64,000 bases of DNA, taken from Ruditapes philippinarum. Its lineage: Eukaryota. The notes under the pieces were generated by a model. That model was given only the letters and a program-made list of their open reading frames with translations, ran no database searches and was not told the origin of the DNA. Location: the NCBI RefSeq assembly GCF_026571515.1, contig NW_026852998.1, forward strand, positions 558,001-622,000, in the 5' to 3' direction. The number at the start of each line of letters is the position of its first letter. Position 1 is the first letter of the stretch. Shown here one piece after another: positions 1 to 10,389 of the stretch. Position numbers and translations under genes: made by a program.

Positions 1-165
1 TGGAACCTTCAATATTGATAAATCTTAATTTGAGCATCATATTTTTGATTTAAAACCATAAAAAAAATTGTGTTACAGGATCTCTAAGATTGAAAATCAA
101 TTTGTTTTTGAACAACAGCATTTGAAATTTTATTTGTTTTTGGTGAAAATCATTTTGTTTTAATG

Positions 166-1328
166 CAGGGCTCTACAAATCCTATAGTCCGACGTCCGGG
201 ACAACTCTAAAACCACTTGGGACAACTGACAATAAGCAGAAAGTTAGTCCCGGACAAGTCAAATTTTGACAGATGCTAATCTTGGACAACTGTAAAATTA
301 TGTTTACAGCATGGTGCGCCGGTAATCTTCGCCTGAGGCAATCAATCTCAGCAGTTGCTACAGGCAATAAAAATAGATAAAACACTAAATGTTTGATAAA
401 AATCTTAAAGACAAAGTCCAACATTATTATAGACATGTCCAAAACACTATTAAGTCACAGACTTGGTCTTTGAAGTTGATATATTGACACAAGCAGACAG
501 TAATTTGTGCCGTGAATTGAAAATTTGGAATTTTTTGTTTTAGGTTTTTTTTATGAATTCCTAAATGGAAAACAATAATAAAATATCCAAAAAGCATCTT
601 TTATGAACGCATTCGAACATACAATAGTCAAAATAGTATAATTTATGAGGAAAACAGAAAATTTTTCATTTGTCACATATTTTCGCGATGCCGATTTTTT
701 TTATATAAATCGTGAGGCAGTTTTAATCAGTTTAAAGCTATGCAGCAAGTAGAAATATTAAAAATCTTTTGTTACTTATGAATCAAAAGGACTTTTGACA
801 ATGTTAAGATAAATAATGATTTGTAAGTATTTGAATAGTCTAATTCACTATCATATTTTATATTTCCCTACCGGGTAATAATGACTGTCTTTTTCTTATT
901 TACCATGTCCAATGTGAAATGTGGAAACTGAGAGAGGCTATGGTTAACTAGATTCATGTTAGAATAATTTTACTTAAATTTTTAAGGATAAAAATCCAGG
1001 AAAAAAATAAAACTGAAACAAAACATATAGGCCTACACAGGCTATTGAACTTGAACAGTGCTAAAAGGTACCTGGGAAGACAGCTGAACCATCAAAACTA
1101 TTTCAGTTGAAGCAAAATGTTCTATTTTATACTAAATGAAATACTTAATGTAACTTAAAAATATTAAAAGATTAATTGTTTTTACTTCTACTTTGGATAT
1201 ATAATACATACTACGCATACTGAACATTTACTGAGACTTAGACACTTGTAGTCAATTTTGGGACAACTCTATTTTGCTAGGTCAGTTGTCCTGGACAACT
1301 CTATTCCAAAAAAATTTGTAGAGCCCTG
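166..1328. mobile_element. Non-autonomous TIR DNA transposon with CAGGG ends and 5-bp TSD (hAT5-like)
   Basis: 15-bp perfect TIRs CAGGGCTCTACAAAT (166) / ATTTGTAGAGCCCTG (1328). TAATG flanks both sides. Subterminal GGACAAC motifs are repeated at both ends. No transposase ORF. Lies in MAN1A intron 1. Confidence 0.8.
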
Positions 1329-2144
1329 TAATGATAAAACAATTCTTTAATTTCTTATCTGGAAATCTGTATATATTACATCTCTTTACATTTTTTTTCC
1401 CAATTGACAAGCATAAAATTCCCAACCCTCAGTCTGCATTAATGGTGTTGTTAATTTTCTTTGAAATATACACATGTATTTTCCTTTAGAAGAGTTATTA
1501 CTTCAAATTAATCTTAATACAAGAAAACATGAATACAAAAACTATAAACAGAATCTATTCTTCTTTATCCTAAGTGTTCAATAGGCTCACTTAGTTAAAA
1601 TACCGACCATACTGTGAAATTCTCAATTTGGACTTTATAAAATTTTAATCCCAGTTTCATATAACAGTGTTAGTGGCATTCCCAAAATGTTGGTAAAAAT
1701 GACCTGGCAACACTTTACAAATGACTTTTATTTTTCTATATGCATGATTATACTATCGAAACTGTGACTTCAGATAATGTTTTTTTAAGTTGAGAATAGC
1801 CAGAGACATAGATAACTATAGTTACTTTGTCTCTGGTATAGCCTAAAATTTGTCCCATGGTGACCATGGTGACTGGGCAAAAATGTCTGTATCCAAGTTC
1901 TAGAATTTAACTAAACAATCTAACTACCATAATATACCTCTGATGCTTGAAATTCAATAGCTTTACAAAACATGCACATTTTATATTAAATAGAAGTTAA
2001 ATATATAACAGTTATCTAACCTTATATCCGACTTATAAATAAAATTTACTTGACTTGAAGTTGAACAGTTCTTAGCAACAATTTATGTTATATTTAATAG
2101 GTGTTTACAGAAAATATAACGGTGCCATTCTTATTTATAGTTAC

Positions 2145-2753
2145 CTCTTTAATTTTGTCTCTTTTCTGTTTGACATCTGGGTCAGATGGTTCACCTCCTT
2201 GTGTACCATCACCACCTTCATGCTCTTTGTGAACTGTTTCTTTTAATTTTTTTTCTGCCTCCTCCTTCATTTCCATCTCTCTCTGTCGCTGCTGTTCTAT
2301 CAGCTTATCTTTATCTTCTTTTATTTCCTCCTTAAATTTCAAGGTATCATCTTTTGCTAAATTTGCCTTTTCACTTAACTCTTTCAAAGCTTTTTGTTTC
2401 GCAAACTCTTCAGCAATTTTCATATCTAGCTTTGCTTTATCTTCAACTTTGTGAATATCAACATCACCGCCATGATTATCCATATGTCGCATTTGTCCTG
2501 ATGCTCCTTTTTGTCCCCCTGGCATGAATATGTCATCACCAAATATTTGGATCTGTTTTTTCATTTCAGGAACACTTACCCTGTCTCTCAAATCTGGTAA
2601 AAAGAAAAAAGCACCAAAGCAAACCACACCAAATGTTGCAAAAACCAGTAAAATGATATATTTTTCACGCATTCGTAGCGATTTCCTGCTAACTGGTATT
2701 GGCACTCCATTGACATATCTCTGGAAGGTTGGTAGGACACCCGGAGTGGCCAT
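2145..2753 (-). CDS. MAN1A1: Mannosyl-oligosaccharide 1,2-alpha-mannosidase IA/IB (GH47), first coding exon; gene continues left of the window
   Basis: Type II membrane N-terminus (LPTFQRY...REKYIILLVFATFGVVCFGAFFFLPD), charged stem, and GGEPSDPDVKQKRDKIKE, which precedes the GH47 catalytic domain in MAN1A proteins. Phase-0 donor GAG|GTAACT at 2145/2144. Orthology to MAN1A1 versus MAN1A2/MAN1C1 cannot be resolved. Confidence 0.92.
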
Positions 2754-4289
2754 GGTCGCTTAAAAATAAAAGAAAAATAAAGTTATACTTCGTGTCAACT
2801 CCAGTTACTGTCACTCCTAAGACGCTTTCATATCCAATGTAAATTAATGACTGGCAACTTCTGCAAGCGTCTTGGTGAGAAGAAGCTGTTTCCGTCTGGG
2901 GACTGTTTCAAAGTTAATTATGAAATACAAAAACCGCGGAGGAATCCTGAAGTTCGGAACGCGCTATGTCCTGATTCAAGTTGAAATTGAATAAGAATTG
3001 GGCAGGTCAAAATAAGTTTAAAGCCAAGTGCTACTGTATATCAAACCGTATCTAAATATCAAGTTACGAACAGTAATGTTCTGTGTTCTTACAAGTTGAG
3101 CAGGAAACTATAGAGACAGTATTGATATATATGTTTTTTCTTAACTGTATGAAATTATTATTGTTGTATCATGTGCTATGTTCCTAAATGTATAAATAAA
3201 ATTAATGCACAAAATAAAATATTTTCAAAACAAATGGTAATTTTAAAGAGATAGTGTGACCATTAAAACAAACAGTCGAACGGCCTAAGCAGCTCAGAGA
3301 AGCACAGGATCAGAGAAGCACAGGTCTATTGTTTCGGCCTGGACGTTTACATAAACTAAAAAGGTCATTTAAAGTCCGTACATAATTTCTTAAACTACAT
3401 TTAAACACAATAGTGCCTAGTGCTGGTACCGTCGATGAACATGCTGACTGAATGAAATAAAAGATGATATATGTACAGTGAGTTCAAGACAAACGAGGCT
3501 GTTCAAAGTATTTTCATGTATACTATTTGTGTTTGCAAATCGACTTAAAGTACATAAAGATGTGTTTTTGGAAGAGTCACAAAAGATTTTTTGTGTGAGC
3601 CTTTGTTATATGATGATGATTATTATCATTGCATCCCTGTTAAGCTAATACATCTTTTACGTTTATTACAGCCTTTTTCCTAATTATCTTACACGAAAAT
3701 ACATTGGGTAAAAACTTTTATTACAAATTATCTATATAATGCCCCCCCCCCCCCAAAAAAAAAAAAAAAATGTTCTAAACCTTATAATGTTAGATCTACA
3801 TAATTTTTGTATGCGGTATGTTGTTGATTTTCATGACTGTTCTGATGAAGAAGTATTAAAGTCAGAACTAGTGGAATGTGTTGTCTACTCAGTACTGTAA
3901 TTTTTTCATATTTAACAATGATAGATCATGAGATATATGTATATGCTACAAAAGTATTGTACAAAAATATGTTATTTTGAAGTATTACACTCTAAATCAC
4001 ACTTAATTCTCATGTATACATATAAAATTATGCGGTTGGTTATACATAGCTTCTAAGAAACAGCAGTGTATTTCTATTTGAAATACCCTGGAAACAGTAA
4101 TAATGATTTTAATCGACTTTGCTCAATATAGATACCATTTTTCTGAAATATAACCTTAAAGAAAAGATCAGGCATGAAAATGCTTTGCGACATAAAGATA
4201 TAATACATAAAAACCCTTTGTCCTACCTACCAACAAAAGATTAATATCAGTCAGACTATAACATACGTCCTTGATAATATTAAACATTG

Positions 4290-4670
4290 ATATACAGTAA
4301 TTTCGTATGTTATTTGGAACAGTCAAACTGTTGGCCCGGGGTGGAGGGGATAGTGCCGAGGGCAACAGTTCAAAACACTATCCCCAACATCGAGGGATAA
4401 CTGTTTGACTATTCCCAAATCACATATGAAATAACTGTTTTATTACCTGATCAAATACTGTTTCAACAGTACTTGCAGAAGAAAAAAGGAGCAAGAAAAT
4501 AGTTTTGCAAATATGTTAACCTTCAAGGGATATTACTCTATGACGTCAGAGCACGCGAGGGAAACAGTCAAAACTATTAACCGGTCAACAGTTCGCGAAC
4601 TTTGACGTTTTTAGAATTTCAGAAAACAGTAAAAAATACCATATAACGTTTATATAAGGTATGAGGTAAC
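4290..4670. repeat. Palindromic dispersed repeat, possibly a non-autonomous Crypton-like element
   Basis: About 33-bp inverted arms (4300-4332 vs 4399-4432) around a GC-rich centre. Family assignment is only by resemblance. Confidence 0.4.
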
Positions 4671-4730
4671 AAAACTAAATAATTCACGTTAAAAACAGGA
4701 CTGTTATAATCCTTCAAGATATTATATGGC

Positions 4731-5860
4731 TTTTTCATTTTTTGTGTTTTCTGATCGCAGATCAGGAAATACAATGCTGACATTCAATCTCAGGAACAGC
4801 GCTCCCAACAATCCTAACAACAAAAGTAGTTCTCAAAACAGCTTAAAACTAGCGATGTAAAAAAATAGAAATATTTTTATTTTGTTACAAGTATCCAGCG
4901 ATTATAACGCATTCAAAGTTTAAAGTAGCTTTGGCTTATAGAATTGTCAATAAAGGCACAATCACAAATTACGCGGATGAATATCATTTTAATCAGTGAA
5001 AATTGCTCGGATATTTCCGTAAAGCTTCGGATCATTTTGATTAGAATTAAACACCGACTAAATGAACATTTGTTACTTAGACTTTCTGAAATATAAAGTA
5101 AGGATGTTGACTCTATGACAGGGCCGAATTTAGGACAGTCGACGATCGATAATCAATTTCTACAATAAGTAACGGTCTTATACGTTAAGCACCCGATAAT
5201 TTAATCCACGTAAACAAAGCGCTATTTTCTTACACACTTCAGCGCGTATTACACAAATAAATCCGACTGTCGAGTAGTGAAACATTATATACATGTCGGA
5301 CTGTTTTGGGAAGAAGATTTTTGCTAAATTATCTACATCATTGTTAAACAACAGGTTTACCATGAACAAAATATCTCGTAATTTTATAGGATTACAATCC
5401 CCTAATTTAGAAAAATATGTTTTGCTTCAGACTATTCTTATAACTTCCCCGTGGTCCACGGTTTACACGCTCGTTTAAGAAGCCAGAGGTCTGGGGTTCA
5501 AATCCAGTCAAGGCAACTCATATTTTTTGGTGTGTTTTTTAAGTATTTGTAGCGATTTTAACATTCTTTCTTATAGAATAAGCAACGATATGCAAGGATA
5601 AAGTGTGGCTGTCTTAAAATGTACATAAATGATTTCATAATGCAAGTTAGAAACTCTGGTCATGCAAAATTCTTTATGTATCAAACTCAAACTGTTATAG
5701 CAAAAAATCTAAACGCAGGCGCTGCAACTCGGTGCCCTGCAAAATGAATTATACATATATAGTATATCAAAATAAACTTATACAGGAAAATACATACAGA
5801 TACTGTACGATTTAGATTGCAAAGATCAGAAAATACCACAGAGCTTGCAGCCCTTTGATT
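4731..5860 (+). mobile_element. Helentron-associated non-autonomous element (HINE-like) carrying a tRNA-like segment; copy 1
   Basis: Alignable end to end with 32228-33080. 5' TTTTCTGATC..GATCAGGAAA hairpin, matching 3' GATCAGAAAA subterminal IR, 3' GC-rich hairpin then TTTGATT. A-box/B-box segment at 5444-5515. Confidence 0.75.
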
Positions 5861-5915
5861 AAAATGAAGAGCCGTACCATACCGTGCATGATAAGACAAA
5901 ACACGGAGTTAAAAA

Positions 5916-6101
5916 ATGGACGCGGATGAAAGTTACTCTCTAAAAATTGAGGCTCAGGAAGTTATCAAAGAAATTAAATATGCTGTTAAAAGTGTTGAAC
6001 TGTCGAAAATACTTCAAAGTACAGAGGAATGTGTCTACTTCAATATGGAAACCAAGGAGAATCACAAATATACTGTTGAACTCACTCCCAAAGGATTTCG
6101 G
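5916..6101 (+). CDS. GSKIP: GSK3B-interacting protein, coding exon 1
   Basis: EAQEVIKEIKYAVKSVELSKIL...VYFNMETKENHKYTVELTPKGFR matches the N-half of the GSKIP (DUF727) domain. Phase-0 donor CGG|GTTAGT at 6101/6102. Confidence 0.93.
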
Positions 6102-7344
6102 GTTAGTACGGGGACTATCTCAAAGTAATTGAAAACAAACTGCAGTAGTTTCCGTACATTAACAGTCCTCGTACAAACAAGTAGAGATTTTGATGCTAAA
6201 GCATCAAGTCGCCGGATAGAAATATGATTGTATTATCATAAATAAAAGAAAATATCAGTTTAATGGTTCGAGTATAAAGAAAATAGGAACAATAAGTTGA
6301 GTAATGTTTACTCATAAACACGTTTTCATGTACTTGCCACAATTATATCTTTCTTGCTGTAAACTTTGTAAAAGAGTTTTACGCAATAAATTGATGTTAT
6401 GTTATAATAAAACATCATATTTTAAGCAAACTTGCTTAGCAATTTTGTCAAGAAACTGTTATCATTAAATAAGCAAGTATTGTTTGGCAATATTTACCCA
6501 AGACTCAATAATTTTCGGGAGCTGTTTCGTTAGCTTACATAACTTATTATGATTAATGTTAACGATTTTATTGTAAGTATAATTACATGTATAATTATAT
6601 CAATTAATACTGCTCGATGGCCTAGTGGTAAGTATGACGAAGTTGTTACATAGGATATAGTTAACGTTTATTTGCCTTTCAGTGCGATAACTATCAACAC
6701 AAAGATAGTTTATTAGTTTTCTCTGTGTATCCAATACGATTCCGGCCCCTACTGTCATACCGAGATTTGCATACGAAATTACATTGATTTGCAGTTTAAC
6801 CAGCTGCCAACCATTCACAATTTACCTGTATGTCAGTCTTATCAGCCATTTGTTACTATTAATAGATTTTATAACAGTATCATACAACGTTTAGTCACGT
6901 GATTCTGGGAGAAGCTGTTTATAATAAATAAGAAAAAAAAATAGAATAGGTCTCATAACATACAAACAACCAGATAATTTAAAAGTGTAATTTCAAATAT
7001 CAGGCGTGATTTATTTATCATAAAATAGCATTGCTTGACACTTTGAAAAAAAGGAAAACATCCATAAATTTAATGACTGATCCATAGGGATACGTCATTA
7101 ATTCATTTTATAAAAATTGTAATGTTGCTTTTTACGATGTCAATATTTGAATATTTCATTTCATTGAGCAACATTATTGTATGTTTGAAATTTTGAGATT
7201 ACTGAAAACAATTGTAGTCTTTAATTGTTCAGTAATTGTTATGCTTTTATTTTCAGATTTTAATGCCTTCTCCTACCATAGGTATAATATTAAACTGTTA
7301 CAAATATAGTCGCCGGTTTCTACCGGCGACTAATAAATCATATT

Positions 7345-7531
7345 TTACTTTACTTTACTGGAGTTGAGGTCGCAAGACGTCATCGTCTTCTATAACCCCC
7401 CATGGCTTTGTACCGAGTTCTGATCCGGTATGGTGGTATACTGTGTTGCTCCCATGAATTTGTCCAACCTGTTTTTAAAACTGTTAAGTGAAGGAGCATT
7501 CACAACCACTTCTGGTAAATTGTTCCAGTCC
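7345..7531 (-). mobile_element. CR1-clade LINE, 5'-truncated 3' end
   Basis: Minus strand reads DWNNLPEVVVNAPSLNSFKNRLDKFM, a typical CR1 ORF2 C-terminus, followed by a short 3' UTR and a (GTAAA)n tail. Confidence 0.75.
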
Positions 7532-8650
7532 GATCTTTATATTTATGATATTTAAAATTATACTTGATATTTTAATCATAAGAAAATTATATACAGTTAT
7601 AGTTACGATTCATAATCAAAACAATTCTCTCCACACGGATTCGTTCATTGTGAATTTGATTTTGACAGGGTCTTTAATTTCTGTCAAGAATCCAGTATAC
7701 TGGTGCCTCATAGTTCAGTGGTACTTAACTGTTTACACAGACAATAAAAGTTAGAAGAATATAATTCTGGAAAATATGTTGAATATTGTAGGAAAGACAT
7801 GTCAAGTACATAATAGTTTATTCCATTTAATGTTTGCATGTAAGCAATAATGTACACAACATGGCAATTAACACCCATCTACTGCAAAGTTAGTAAAATT
7901 GTGTTCTCGTATTTCCAAGGCAATTACATTTTAAGAGTTTCAAAATGAAAACCAAAAGTAATCTTTATTTTTTAGTATATCTATACTTAGCCTCGTCTAT
8001 TTTCTCCATAGCATTTATCAAATATCTCAATGGTTGTTTAACAGAGTCAATTGTCTTGAAAGGTATGAAAAGTAAAATTAAAATGGCAAAATAATTTACT
8101 TTGCTCTTAATCTGAATAAAATAAGTTTTCCCGGTTGTATATGTAAAATTTGATAATACAGTAAAAAAGTAAAAGTAAAACTACTGACAGGTGCATGAGG
8201 TCTAGGAGTCAGTTGATACTGTTTATGCCTAATACTTTGGAAATATGGGTACCACGGAAATATGAGGCACCAGTAAATGTTTTAAAGCTCCGCAATGGAC
8301 ACAGCAGGTATATATTTTGTAGCAATAAAAAAAAAAGACGAATCTTTTTTTGCTTATATAAGAAGCAATAGTTATTTATTCTTAAATGACAATACACACT
8401 TTTCCATACAAATATTCTCTGATGAAAATCCATGTTGGCAATGTAAATAATAATTCACAGATATCGCCGAAGTTTAACGAGAGCATGAAAATCATAAACT
8501 AGCAGGAAAACCCCATTATAACCAAAGTGCGCAAAGGATTGTGGGTCTGAATCTGACTATCATCCATGTTTGGAGCTTCCTATCTGTTGTGTATATATCT
8601 GTGATAGGGTAAAATGTGGGTCATGTTAGAATTAAGAAATAATATATATA

Positions 8651-9633
8651 CAGTTGACTCTCGGTAACTCGAAATCCAAGGGACTGGGCATTTTACTTCG
8701 AGAGAAACGGAATTCGAGTAAGGTGGATCTGCTGCCATTATGTTGACATTCGTACATGTATATACATGTGCCTGATTGAATGTACAAAGAAGTACGTTTA
8801 TTATTGTTGATAGCGACAATGCTACAATATTTAACCGTTGAAATGACGGTAAATCACTTTCAACTACAAATTATGAACAAAAATATATAATGTAATACAT
8901 GTATATTGATAGTGAAACATAAACACAAACATTCGTAGCAATGACATAAATGCAAGTTTGTCAGTATTCATCAGTAAAGCACATGCTTATAATGAACACT
9001 CATGACATATCATTACAAAAAAGCACAATAACACTTTTATCTCAACAACAATTTATCTAGTATTTGAAGTGAATTGATCATCGGACGAAAAACGAAAGTA
9101 GCAACTATCGTGAACCGAGAGTACATATTAATGTATGCAATATGAAGGAACATTAATTATACAAATGTCATTTACGTTGATAACACACATCTGAGTGAAT
9201 ACCTAGGCTGGTTTTTTACTAACACCTGTCAGAGTGGCACGAGTCTTAATTTTGTTATCTAACTGTGAAAACCAATTAAGTCCTGAAACCGATTAAAGCC
9301 ACTTTTACGACGTGTTAATAATACATGATGACCGGCAATTAAAATTTCTATGGAACGTGTGAATCACAAAAGACAACATCTCACCTTGATGTCGTCGACC
9401 TTTGATCAGTCGGCTGGTTTCACAATTTGACTAATTGAGATGAAAATATGTTGGACTTTAATTGACGGGACCAAATTTTCTTTTCGACTAAACAGGAGTC
9501 TAGGTAAGTCAAAATTTGACCTAAGCGGAGTTAAAATACAAAGATAAAGAAGGAAATTTGACGGGACTTTAGAAATACTTCGACTTACGCGGAATTTTGA
9601 GTAAAGCGATTTTGACTTATTGAGAGTCAACTG
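8651..9633. mobile_element. Tc1/mariner (pogo/Tigger-type) non-autonomous element
   Basis: TA|CAGTTGACTCTC ... GAGAGTCAACTG|TA ends; subterminal GGGAC and TTCGA repeats; no ORF. Confidence 0.8.
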
Positions 9634-10203
9634 TAAATATATAAATCAATAATAGTAAAAAGAGCGATTTATTGAGCGATAAAATCACTGTTTGGAGTTC
9701 AGATGTGAGGAATTATATCACAAGGGCGTACCCCCAAGTGATATAATGATGCGCATCCGAACGATGCGATAAAATCACTGATTTTGATATATTCTACTTA
9801 CTAATCTATTATTGATTTCCAAACAAAGCTAGATTCTGAGATATTTTTGTTCTGGGTCAGAATCTTGTGTCATGTTTGTTCATACACAAAATTGCGTGTA
9901 GGACAATTAGTTGATAAATTAAATCTATAAAGACAATTTTTGTAATATGGTTACTCATTTGATGAAAACAACTAAGTTAATAATAAGTTTTAATTCACTA
10001 TTTTTTTTAACAAAATAAGAACATATTGTATATTGTATTAACATATTGTTAAAGATATTCTTATGCTATATTTATGATGTATTATTTAAAGCATAAATTT
10101 TCTAATTTAATTTATTTTTCCATGATAATGTTACGCTAGTGACCTAGAACTATTAACAGAAACTCCTTGATTTTTAAATTATTTCTTTTTTATTAATTTT
10201 TAG

Positions 10204-10389
10204 TTGGTAGGAACACAATTTGATGTGTTGGACCAAGCAGAAGATGAAAATGCCAAATATTATGAGACAATCTACGCACTGCTTGACTCGATTAGTCCCG
10301 AGTACAGAAATACTTTTAGTGATACGCTTATACAGAAACTTCAAGGCCTTCATAGTATGCAACATGGTGATGGGTCCGAGGACACTTGA
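10204..10389 (+). CDS. GSKIP: GSK3B-interacting protein, coding exon 2 (terminal); spliced protein is 123 aa
   Basis: Polypyrimidine acceptor TTTTTAG at 10203, in phase with exon 1. YYETIYALLDSISPEYRNTFSDTLIQKLQGL is the conserved GSK3-binding C-terminal region. Confidence 0.93.
   Translation: MVGTQFDVLDQAEDENAKYYETIYALLDSISPEYRNTFSDTLIQKLQGLHSMQHGDGSEDT

Noticed and set aside
2094-2144. C-terminal tail of ORF 2094-2753 (also the tails of 5916-6128 and 44764-45018, and the head of 53969-56242)
   Set aside because: Read-through into introns beyond clear GT/AG splice sites.
5444-5515. Functional tRNA genes here and at 32813, 44378 and 53800
   Set aside because: A/B boxes are present, but acceptor and anticodon stems do not pair well and each is embedded in a repeat.
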